DNA of 59,710 nucleotides, filler included, from Stramenopiles sp. TOSAG23-6 (taxonomy: Eukaryota): NCBI GenBank assembly GCA_900128565.1. It is 3 parts of 3 records of this genome, joined end to end, with 100 filler letters (N's around TTAATTAATTAA, not from the genome) between each part and the next. Parts side by side here need not be neighbours in the genome. Positions count along the whole stretch, not along the records: positions 19,960 to 39,809 come from LT636044.1; positions 39,910 to 59,710 come from LT636045.1; 1 more part is not named here. One strand, given 5' to 3'. Both the position numbers and the translations under genes were made by a program. The notes below the pieces were generated by a model. It worked only from the letters and a program-made list of their open reading frames with translations. It was not told the DNA's origin and searched no databases. Below, piece after piece: positions 36,350-45,578 of the stretch (the stretch's first letter is position 1; each line of letters begins with the position of its first letter).

Positions 36350-36448
36350 ATGTATTTTGGAAAAATATTTCTAAAAAATTTGTTTTTTTGTTAGGTACAA
36401 AATTTCGTACGAAAAATAAATTCGAAATTGAAAAAAAATGAAACATAC
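36350..36448 (-). mobile_element. Near-consensus GT-AT copy at a chimeric junction (99 nt)
   Basis: CTAT|GTATG...CCAAAATACAT|GT; the flanks belong to different gene families and different phases. Confidence 0.85.
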
Positions 36449-37143
36449 ATAGCGCCATACTGTGTAAAATTTGAATCAAAAGAAAGGCCAACAAGCAATA
36501 GAGTCACTATATGATGACCCATAAGAACAAAATAGTCACTGCATGGTGGGAATATTGTTACGTGGCAAATTGCAGTAAAAATCCAGACTGCGAACTGTAA
36601 ATAGTACAACTGACTCATTTCAGGGGTGGTGTCAGCATTCTGAAGAGTCTCGTCAGTTCCCAGATATCCAACTCGATTATAAGCGGTTTCACTTGCAAAC
36701 CAATCTAAAGAAATACAGCGATACGACATGAAGGTCATTGCTGTATGAACCAGTAACTGCCAACTTTGACTCTTGAACTTTGTCATCATTTTCTCGCTCT
36801 TCAATGGGTTGTTGTACGGTGCATCACATAACACACGTTCACTTATCCATCTACCGACGAATCCAGAAAACCATTCTGTGGCAAACACACCGATGGCAAC
36901 GAAAACACAGAGAAAAAGTACAATTTGAAAACTTCCATCATTACGTGGTAAAAACACGTGGAAAAACAGCCAATAGACTTCCATAATAAATAGCAAAATT
37001 AAACTTCGATCAAGTATTTTGTTAGGTTTAAAAACCCAAGATTTTAACTTTTTCTTCGGTGAAGAACTGCGACAAGTTTGGACGCATTTTTGAGGTTCGT
37101 GGACATGTGCAATATTTGCCCCAGGTATCTTTTTGGGGGCCAT
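36449..37143 (-). CDS. TLC/LAG1-domain (ceramide synthase-like) protein, 5' part only
   Basis: KFKSQSWQL, YYLQFAVW, DYFVLMGHHIVTLLLVGLS...FTQYG; the second half of the Lag1 motif is absent. Confidence 0.8.
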
Positions 37144-37545
37144 TTGTTAAATAAACAGGATCTCTACGATGTAATCACAAATAATTGTATGCTTTTTTCG
37201 AACCCGTATTAAATTTTTATTGTCGGAAGTTTGGACGATAGTACTAGTCGTGCACAAGTCGAAGTTGCAAGTTGCAAGGAATTCCCTTGACATCGATCGA
37301 AGTCACAAAAATTAATGTAACCGGGTAACCAAGATTCAAAAAAGAACATTTTTTTCCAACATGTATTAAAATATTTTACTATTTTCACTATTTTCCACAG
37401 TGAGAATGTTTTTTCCCCCTTATATCATTGTTTTTGCGCTTTATCTATTTAGGGTTTGGGATATAAAAAAAATAAAAAATTATAAAGCACAGTGAAAAAA
37501 TCAAAATCATTCCAGAATACATTTTTTATATAAGCACAAAAAAAT

Positions 37546-38889
37546 TTATCCATGATTGAACTTGAACTCTCCATCTCCCCTCTGAACAGGTTCATGCCTA
37601 ATTTCACCAGGTGTAATGTTTTCTAGAAGTGCTTTGCTACTTCTAAGATGCCGATTTTCTTTTCCTAACTTTTCTGTTGTTTCACGCTGTATTTCTTCAT
37701 ATGCACTTATCAAGATTTTGCTCTTCACTATGGCGTGTTTTGTTGCTTCCACCAATTGTTGCTTTTGCATGTTTTCTTTTTTTATTGCTTGTAGTGCTTC
37801 TTCTTCTTTTGCACGTATGGGATCATGCGGGATTGGATGAGTGGTATCGTTGCAATTTTTGTTCGAATTTTTGTTCTCCATGTGAACCCGGTCCTTTGCA
37901 GCTTCTTTACACACCTCAATATTTAAAAACTTACTTCCTGTGTAATTTTGGTCTAAACATTTTAGTTCCTTATCAGTAGGCCTAGTAGTTGGGTCATGGG
38001 TTTGTGCGGCATAGCTTTGTGCCACGTGAATATCTCCCATATATTGTCCAATCATTTCTTTACTCACATTTGTGCCGCTTTTTACCCTGCGATGAATTCC
38101 GCAAGCTTTTTGGAAAAGATCACTATGAACTATTTCGTTTTTATCAGGACTGTGATGTCTATCATAAGAAGGGTGATGGATATGTCTAAGACTGGTAGAA
38201 CTAGATGGATGTGTCGTGTGATGTTCCGGATAATGAGACGGGTGAGTTTGTCCTTGTCCTTGATGATAAGAAGCATGAGGGGTATGTGTCGTTGGATGAG
38301 GAGTTATTTGTTCAGGTGCGGGGTTTCCCGCGGAATGTTGTGGAGTTTGGTTATGATAATCAAAAGGAGACTGACCCTGGGGTGACTCATGATGCAACGT
38401 TTCTTGTTCATACACAGGATTTACCCGATGATCTTGATCTTGTTGATGATATCCTTCAGTATCCGGATGACCTCCATTATTCGCATATTGTTGATGCTGA
38501 CCTACAGTATCCGGATGCTGACCTTCAGTATCCGGATCTTTTAAAATTTCACCATGATGATGTCCTTCAGTATCCGGATGACCTCCATCATCCGAATCTT
38601 CTGAAATTTCACTATTTTTTTCAGTCGTACCTTCCTCGTTTTCCTGATCCATATCTTTATCAGCCACAGCACCAGCACCATCTCCACCCTCTTCTTTCTT
38701 AACCTCCTCATTCTTGTTTTCCCCCAAAAAGCGCCCAAGAAATTTTTTTGCAACTGTTTTTGCCGGGTTATGTTGTTCTTTTTGTTCTGGGGGTTTAGGC
38801 GTTAGAATACGAGTTTCAGTTTGAATAAGAGCCTTACTTTGAATTACCGTAGCAAAAAGTATCACCGTATTGAACAGTTTGTTAAGCAT
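37546..38889 (-). CDS. Secreted His/Gln/Pro-rich low-complexity protein with HPDTEG repeats
   Basis: Signal-like N-terminus; repeated (H)PDTEG units; no family recognised. Confidence 0.6.
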   Translation of the reverse strand: MLNKLFNTVILFATVIQSKALIQTETRILTPKPPEQKEQHNPAKTVAKKFLGRFLGENKNEEVKKEEGGDGAGAVADKDMDQENEEGTTEKNSEISEDSDDGGHPDTEGHHHGEILKDPDTEGQHPDTVGQHQQYANNGGHPDTEGYHQQDQDHRVNPVYEQETLHHESPQGQSPFDYHNQTPQHSAGNPAPEQITPHPTTHTPHASYHQGQGQTHPSHYPEHHTTHPSSSTSLRHIHHPSYDRHHSPDKNEIVHSDLFQKACGIHRRVKSGTNVSKEMIGQYMGDIHVAQSYAAQTHDPTTRPTDKELKCLDQNYTGSKFLNIEVCKEAAKDRVHMENKNSNKNCNDTTHPIPHDPIRAKEEEALQAIKKENMQKQQLVEATKHAIVKSKILISAYEEIQRETTEKLGKENRHLRSSKALLENITPGEIRHEPVQRGDGEFKFNHG

Positions 38890-39231
38890 TTTTCTTTTCA
38901 CGAGAGTTACTATTGTGGGAGTTAAAGATAGTCTATTCTTTACAAAAATGTATTTCCAAATATAAAAATTAGATTATGCAAATATTGACATCAATAGATG
39001 AATATTAATTAAGTATGTTGATCTCTCAGATCAGATACAAAAATTTCGAAATCGTATCCTAATTTCGAAATTCCATTTCTGCATCTAAATTTTTTTAACG
39101 GATGAATTAAATTTGAAATTAAAATATTTTTTTTTTCGGGAAAAAAAAAAATCTTCAACTTGGAAAACGATACTTATCAACAAAATTTAACGATAAAATC
39201 CGAATAAATCTCAAAGAAGAGTTCAAATTCA

Positions 39232-39711
39232 ATGACTTTACGTCAATTTCTTTCAGAGCTTAAACTCGAACGCATTGATAAGCTCATTTTTCGGGGTCAA
39301 AGTATTAATCCAGGTTGGGGCCGGTTATTTGGGGGCCATGTACTTGGACAAGCATTATCTGCTGCACAACAAACAGTAAAGTTAAGTCGACCAGTTCATA
39401 GCTGTCACTCATATTTTATTAGACCTGGTTGTGTCAAAACTCCTGTATTATACGATATAGAGGAAATTCGAGATGGTCGTAGTATGAGTACAAGGCGAGT
39501 AACAGCTATTCAGAATGGCAAACCAATTTTATACATGACTGCTAGTTTTGAAGTGAAACCAGATTCTGATCAACCAACACTTGAGTTTCAATATGCGAAA
39601 TTTCCATCTGATATTGCCCCACCTGAATCTCTTCTGCCTTTTGAAAAACAAGCAGAGCCTTATCGCCAATTTATACCAAAACAACTGTCGAAGCGTTTTT
39701 TTTCAAAGCAC
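39232..39711 (+). CDS. tesB: Acyl-CoA thioesterase II (TesB/ACOT8), first exon, partial
   Basis: FRGQS, LFGGHVLGQALSAA, VHSCHSYFIRPG, RDGRSMSTRRVTAIQNGKPILYMTASF. Confidence 0.9.
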
Positions 39712-39809
39712 GGTATGTATGTTTTAATTTTTTTTCAATTTTTTTTTTTAAATATTTTCATACGAAATTTTGTACCTAACAATTTTTTTTAGATTTTTTT
39801 GAAATATTT
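39712..39809 (+). mobile_element. Introner-like intron truncated by contig end
   Basis: GTATGTATGTTTT...CATACGAAATTTTGTACCTAAC...GAAATATTT. Confidence 0.8.
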
Positions 39810-39909
39810 NNNNNNNNNNNNNNNNNNNNNNNNNNNNNNNNNNNNNNNNNNNNTTAATTAATTAANNNNNNNNNNNNNNNNNNNNNNNNNNNNNNNNNNN
39901 NNNNNNNNN
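39810..39909. other. Artificial contig linker
   Basis: 44 N + TTAATTAATTAA + 44 N. Confidence 0.97.
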
Positions 39910-42237
39910 AAAGCACACGATGAAGCAATGAATGAACTTGCAAATAATCACAAATCTGAAATTGATCGTATTACAAAAGAGCATCATGGTAATAGAGAAG
40001 AAGCTCTCGAGGAATTAGCAAATACTCATAAAGCTGAATTGAAAAAAATGGAGAAGGAAATTGAAAAAGCTCTTGGCGAGGAAATGGACGAACTTGCAAA
40101 TAATCATAAATCTGAGATGGATCGTCTCATCGTTGAACATCATGGTAATAGAAAAGAAGCTCTTGAGAAACTTGTAGATGAACATAAAACTGAAATGAAA
40201 AAAATGGAAAATGAAATCGATTTAAAAACTAAAGCACATGATGACGCGATGAATGAACTTGCAAATAATCATAAATCTGAGATGGATCGTCTCACAGATG
40301 AACATCATGGTAATAGAAATGAAGCTCTTGAGGAACTTGCCAATGATCATCATAAGGAGATGTCTTTGATGGAGAGTTCAATGGAACAGAAACTAAGATT
40401 ACATCAAGAAGCGATGGAGGAGATTGCTCTTGAGCACAAAAGTGAAGTTGAAAAGATGTCTGCATCTCATCAGAAGGAAATCAAAATTGCTATTGAAAAA
40501 AAAACTGAAAAACATTTGATTGAATTATCCAAACAGGAGGACAAAATGGCCCAAAAACACCAATCTCATTCGAAAGACGTTGCCCAGTTAGAAGATAGGC
40601 ATAAAGAAATTGTATTAGCGCTGAAAAAGGCTAATCAAAAAGAGAGGATGGCGTCACTCGAATCACTGAAAAAAAATCACCAAGAAGATTTAAATCAAAC
40701 TGAATCAAAATTGAAAAACATGTATAAAAAATGGAACGATGATGCTAAAACGAAGCTTGCTTTAAATCATGAAGCTCAAATAAAGTTATTAGTTGCAAAA
40801 CATCTTGGTGAACGAGCGACGGCACTGGGTGCACTAAAACAAAATCATGCTAAGGAAATTGAGAGGAAAGATAGCGAAATGAAGAAAGTTGTAGAAGCTT
40901 TGAAATTAGAAAGTAAAACGGAAAAAAATAAGTTGATAGAAAACTCCCTTCAAGAAAAGGAAAGTTTAAAACTTAAAAGTGAAGATGAATTGAATAATAC
41001 TAAAACAACTTTGAGGGCTATTCACGAAACCTGGAGAGCAAAGATTGAAAATGAACATAAAAAAGAGGTTGAAAATATTAAAAAAGCATATCTTGATGAT
41101 AAATCAACTGAATTAGAAAAAATTGCTGATCTTCACAAAAGTGTACTTGAAGAAAAGCAACGTGAAATAAAAATGAAAGAAAAGGTTCATAATGTTGTAT
41201 TAGCGACTCTGAAAGCAGAGCATGTGAAGGAGATTGAAAAAATTGCGGATTATCACAATGGAGATAAAATGTCAGAAATATCATCGTGCAAAGCTGCTCA
41301 CAAAATTGAGCTGGAAAAAATGGAAGAAATGCACAAGCAACGACATTTAGATGAAATTGAAAAAATAAGTATAAATCATGATAAAGAGATCAAAATGTTG
41401 ATAGAACAACATAGCAAAGATAAATCTGCTGAGCTAGAAGCCCTTTCACACAATTACTCTGCGGAACTTGCCCGAAAAGAAAGAGAAGGTCGTAAAAACG
41501 CTGAAATCGGTATTGCAAAAGTTGAAGAGCGCGTCGAAAATAAACATCTTCAACTCTGTACGGTAGCAGCTCAAAAATCAGTAGCCATCGCAATTCATAC
41601 TATGCAAATAGGAAAGTATATGTCGAAAAGTGCTTTTAATACAAAGCAGACGGCCAAGCGGTATGTAACGCTTTCTGCCAACCGAAGATGTGTTTTATGG
41701 GGCTCATCCAAAAGTAATGTAAAGAAAAAGGTCAACGTTGATAATATTGTAAGTGTTCACTATGGTGTGCGAACTCCAAACCTATTTAAGGAACGTATTT
41801 TGAATGGAGACAATCGTTTACCATGGCTTTGCTTTTCAATCGCTGTTCGAGAACCTAAACGCACATTTGATTTCGAATGTGTTGGTGACAAGACGAGTGT
41901 TGACACAGTTCGTTGGGTTCAAGGTCTTGCGAATCTTGCATCTGTGCCATTTGTTGAAAGATTTTCATTTGCCTCTTTAATGTCTCGTTCTCTATGGATG
42001 CATCTTCAATCAAAATCAAAGAAAACAGGTAAAGGATATAAAATAATACTCGAAGATATTTTACATCATTTTCGAACTAAAGAAAATTTACCAAATTTAA
42101 ATAATAATCTGAGTGGTGAGGAAGAGGAAAAGAAAGGAGCAAAGCAAGTACAAAAAGCAATCCAAATTCAACGAGAAATTGCTGCCCAGAGTAAAGATCT
42201 AAAATCAAAAAGAAATAGTCTAATCGAAAAGAAATAG
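39910..42237 (+). CDS. Repetitive coiled-coil protein with C-terminal PH domain (5' partial)
   Basis: ELANNHKSE repeats; KRYVTLSANRRCVLWG...CFSI...RTFDFEC...RWVQGL is PH-like. Confidence 0.75.
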   Translation, partial: KAHDEAMNELANNHKSEIDRITKEHHGNREEALEELANTHKAELKKMEKEIEKALGEEMDELANNHKSEMDRLIVEHHGNRKEALEKLVDEHKTEMKKMENEIDLKTKAHDDAMNELANNHKSEMDRLTDEHHGNRNEALEELANDHHKEMSLMESSMEQKLRLHQEAMEEIALEHKSEVEKMSASHQKEIKIAIEKKTEKHLIELSKQEDKMAQKHQSHSKDVAQLEDRHKEIVLALKKANQKERMASLESLKKNHQEDLNQTESKLKNMYKKWNDDAKTKLALNHEAQIKLLVAKHLGERATALGALKQNHAKEIERKDSEMKKVVEALKLESKTEKNKLIENSLQEKESLKLKSEDELNNTKTTLRAIHETWRAKIENEHKKEVENIKKAYLDDKSTELEKIADLHKSVLEEKQREIKMKEKVHNVVLATLKAEHVKEIEKIADYHNGDKMSEISSCKAAHKIELEKMEEMHKQRHLDEIEKISINHDKEIKMLIEQHSKDKSAELEALSHNYSAELARKEREGRKNAEIGIAKVEERVENKHLQLCTVAAQKSVAIAIHTMQIGKYMSKSAFNTKQTAKRYVTLSANRRCVLWGSSKSNVKKKVNVDNIVSVHYGVRTPNLFKERILNGDNRLPWLCFSIAVREPKRTFDFECVGDKTSVDTVRWVQGLANLASVPFVERFSFASLMSRSLWMHLQSKSKKTGKGYKIILEDILHHFRTKENLPNLNNNLSGEEEEKKGAKQVQKAIQIQREIAAQSKDLKSKRNSLIEKK

Positions 42238-42356
42238 TTTACTATAACAATACGATGTCAAATATGATATGTAATAATGATTGCAACCTGGACATAAATA
42301 ATAAACAATTTTCAACTATCTTTTCTTTTTCCAAAAACGAAACAACAGTTTCACAA

Positions 42357-45300
42357 TCAATGTTTTTCATCCAAATACGTAATGGGGTAGGTAGGAGCGG
42401 CACCAGACATTTGCCTCAGTATTGGATGATACTTCGGAAACATGTTTTCGAATTCCGTCATATATTCTCTTATTTTTTCTTCTATATGCTTCTGGTTCTC
42501 ACGGGAACTTCGGGAATGAAGCAGTCCATTCTTATGTGCAAGAATTATTTTTTTTTGATGTAAAGCAGATACTATAAACTTATGAACCTTAACCATAATA
42601 TAAGGAGATATTCCCACTACTTTTATGCCTGGGTATTTCAAGAAGAACTTAGTCATATAGTTAGATAACGCTTGGGATTCTTCGTCATTATGTTGATGCT
42701 GTATTTTAATTAGATACTTATCCACATTGTCATGAAACTGCCGCAAAATCTTACGTGTTTTTTTTATCGAAAGTTTTCGTAAAACCCCAGGGAATCTTTC
42801 ATCAAATGAGTCTCTCAATTCTTTCATTAAACTTCTTTTCTCTGTCATATAGCTCCGATAATGTTTGACAACATTTTTATCAAGATATCTCAATCCTTTG
42901 TTATAGCTTTGCCATTCTTCTTTGCTTACACGAATGGTTTCATAAAAAAATGTCATTTTATTATGATAGATGAATTTTTCGAGATCCACATTTATATCAT
43001 GAAAGTCATATTCGGTATTGCTTAAAACACGACTAAATTCACTTAAGAGCTTTGGATCACATATTTCACGCAGCATTTGGATTGTTCGTAGAAAGAATGG
43101 GTCGGAGTTTATTTGGGATTGTTCGTTTACATTTTGATACTTTAAATAAAACTCAGCGTCACCCCATCGCACCATCCTTTCATCAATAAGCATAGCACCC
43201 CTCTCTAAGTTTTCCCGTGAACCCGCCATACCTCCATAGTTTTTATTTATTTTGCATACATCGACAAAAAGATCTGACCTAGCAAGTTCGCGAAGATTTT
43301 TTATACGATAATTTTCTTCGGCAGGAGTAGGCATTTGATCAATACTCTCCTTCTTCATAAAGTCAATATATAACCGATTAATGTTTTGTCTAGAATGGAA
43401 CTCTTTTTTAAGATGGGTACATATGAGCCTATTTGATGCATCTTCCACTCCACGTGTATTAATTTCCCAGAGTGTTTTATACAAACGCTGTAAATTCTTA
43501 ACAAATGGAAAATAAGGATTTTGTACACTCGACACAATTCTAAGTTTCGTGGGACTGATATTTTTCATGGAACTTTCCTCCAGAGGGTATGACCAATGAG
43601 GCTCTACTCTTAAAATTTTGGGATCTTGAGAAACATCGTCAACTCCATTTGAAAGCATGACATCTGCGTTTGTCAAATTCTCATGTAAATCCGTCGGGCC
43701 AAGAAAGAAAAAAACACTGAAAAAAAGACCAAAGAATGATCTTATTAGAGTCTTGCGATATGGATTCAATAATTTTGGAGATGCCCTTGGAGATGCCCTT
43801 GGTGGTTTTGTTACTGGTTTCGTTGTCGGAAGAGCGACAACTTCTTGAGTATTGGAAGTAGATGGAATGACTACTTGACCTCCTCGAACTCTTCTTTTCC
43901 TCCTTCTATTCTTTGTTGATTTAGTATCTGCTGTTGGAATGTTTTCCGCTTTGGCTTTTGTTGCAGAGGCTTCTCTACAATCTGCATGTTCTTCTTTTGC
44001 TTTTGAACCAATATTAGTCGAATCACTTTCCTTCGAATATGCTAAGTCTTTTAAAGTCAAATCATTTTCATTTGGTTTTGGCGATGCTACTATTAATATA
44101 TCCGTTTTTGACACTGGAATAGCATCCGGATTGGTATCATCTAATTTTAGAGATGTAGCTAGTTTTTGATGAACATCTTGTCCTTCTTTTACTTCTGTAG
44201 CAATATCAGTCGAATCACTTTTCTTGGGATTTGCAAACTCTTTTAAAGTCGAATCATTTTCATCCGATTTTGGCGATACTACTATTGAAATATTAGTCTT
44301 TGACACTGGATTAATGCCCGGATTGGTATCATCTAATTTTAGGGATGCAATTAATTGTTGATGATCATTATTGGTATTTGTATGCGATAAAAAATACGTA
44401 CGTAAATTGGGCTTGTCCTCTTTCATCAATATTTTTTCACACAATTCATCAAATGCTTTTTGTACTTCTTGAATGTTGAATGCAGAAGCACCAGCGTTGG
44501 TCAAAACTTCTTGAGCTGGATCTTGGATGAACATATGGTGAAAATGAGGATCCAATGGAGACTTGCTATCCAGTAGAGCATAGTCCGCGCGTGGAAATCT
44601 CATTATTTTATCGGTTCCAATAAATAGACTCCTTGTACCAAAATTTCGTAAAAACTCGACTAACTTTTCACCGAGAGTTAAAGAAAGAACCTTTTCTGTA
44701 TTCAAAAAAAAGAATCGCATCATCAAAATTAACACATAACTACCCATTGTACCCTCGTATGGTATATTCAGCCTCTTTTTGTGCAAATATACTTTAATTA
44801 AAAGTAATAGGCTCTTCACATCGGCATCGAGACTCAGTGTATTCCTTATTATTTGAGCAACCTTAATATGACTGTCATCTTTCAGTAGCGAAACATCAAT
44901 GTGCATGCCATCCGAAAGAACTAACTTAATTATTGAATGTTCTGTTAAAATGATTTCACACGATTCTGGTCCCAAATCTTTTTGCAGTTGCTTAGCTAGA
45001 ATCCCTAACTTTTCTTCAGTGGATTCAATCAATGTTTCAGCAAAACTACTGACAGCAAAATCAAGATCAGAGACTCTAGGTATATACATCCCATACTTGG
45101 CTGAACCATACACTTCAATTTCCGCGTCTTTCCACATTTTTTTAATCGAGTTTTCAAATAAAACTTTGTACTTCTCAATGTCTTCTTGTTTTTCTGAACA
45201 ATCCGTGTTTATCTCTTCAACAATCTGAGATAATTTATCGTTCACACCTCTTGGAATAACAGGAACTCTTGGAATAAAAGGAGTTGCTTTTGGGGACAAA

Positions 45301-45395
45301 GGAGAAAGTGCAGCATGAGCAAAGCATTTATACTGAAGCAAATATACAGTTAAAATAATGAGCATGCTAAACTTCGTTTCTCTACGGTTTCCCAT
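42357..45395 (-). CDS. Trf4/5 (TENT4)-like nucleotidyltransferase with N-terminal hydrophobic leader and internal TM segment
   Basis: EVYGS...SDLDF...HIDVS catalytic triad; LNIPYEGTMGSYVL; IQDP PAP-associated region; unknown C-terminal half. Confidence 0.8.
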   Translation of the reverse strand: MGNRRETKFSMLIILTVYLLQYKCFAHAALSPLSPKATPFIPRVPVIPRGVNDKLSQIVEEINTDCSEKQEDIEKYKVLFENSIKKMWKDAEIEVYGSAKYGMYIPRVSDLDFAVSSFAETLIESTEEKLGILAKQLQKDLGPESCEIILTEHSIIKLVLSDGMHIDVSLLKDDSHIKVAQIIRNTLSLDADVKSLLLLIKVYLHKKRLNIPYEGTMGSYVLILMMRFFFLNTEKVLSLTLGEKLVEFLRNFGTRSLFIGTDKIMRFPRADYALLDSKSPLDPHFHHMFIQDPAQEVLTNAGASAFNIQEVQKAFDELCEKILMKEDKPNLRTYFLSHTNTNNDHQQLIASLKLDDTNPGINPVSKTNISIVVSPKSDENDSTLKEFANPKKSDSTDIATEVKEGQDVHQKLATSLKLDDTNPDAIPVSKTDILIVASPKPNENDLTLKDLAYSKESDSTNIGSKAKEEHADCREASATKAKAENIPTADTKSTKNRRRKRRVRGGQVVIPSTSNTQEVVALPTTKPVTKPPRASPRASPKLLNPYRKTLIRSFFGLFFSVFFFLGPTDLHENLTNADVMLSNGVDDVSQDPKILRVEPHWSYPLEESSMKNISPTKLRIVSSVQNPYFPFVKNLQRLYKTLWEINTRGVEDASNRLICTHLKKEFHSRQNINRLYIDFMKKESIDQMPTPAEENYRIKNLRELARSDLFVDVCKINKNYGGMAGSRENLERGAMLIDERMVRWGDAEFYLKYQNVNEQSQINSDPFFLRTIQMLREICDPKLLSEFSRVLSNTEYDFHDINVDLEKFIYHNKMTFFYETIRVSKEEWQSYNKGLRYLDKNVVKHYRSYMTEKRSLMKELRDSFDERFPGVLRKLSIKKTRKILRQFHDNVDKYLIKIQHQHNDEESQALSNYMTKFFLKYPGIKVVGISPYIMVKVHKFIVSALHQKKIILAHKNGLLHSRSSRENQKHIEEKIREYMTEFENMFPKYHPILRQMSGAAPTYPITYLDEKH

Positions 45396-45578
45396 TGTTT
45401 CAGACTGACCACAAGGACAATAAGACCAGTCTGACCAGATAAGGACGTGTGGCGCATGTGGCTGTCGTGTGTCTGTCGTGTCAAAAACCGACACGTGTCA
45501 CGGCTAACTAATGCTAACAAAATAAAAATATTATGACGAATCTAAATCTTTCTAAAAGTTGCTTTATTATTTTTCTTT

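Noticed and set aside
7381-36448. Reading the introns as U12-type AT-AC by shifting both junctions 2 nt
   Set aside because: This works only for AT|GT...AC|AT copies. Copies at 14610, 16435, 17444, 34701, 34977 and 35493 would not end in AC, and the U12 motifs ATATCCTT/TCCTTAAC are absent. The spliced product is identical where the shift is possible, so lariat data are needed to exclude it fully.
7381-36448. DNA-level excision like ciliate IESs bounded by a dinucleotide repeat
   Set aside because: Strict sense orientation, GT donors, a branch-point motif and canonical GT-AG family members point to RNA splicing; not formally excluded.
37616-38753. Overlapping antisense and alternative-frame short ORFs here and throughout the ORF track
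   Set aside because: Shadows of real genes or of low-complexity sequence, with no recognisable motifs.
1-39809. Dispersed repeat as a CRISPR array or prokaryotic REP element
   Set aside because: Irregular spacing, intragenic location, eukaryotic context and no cas genes.
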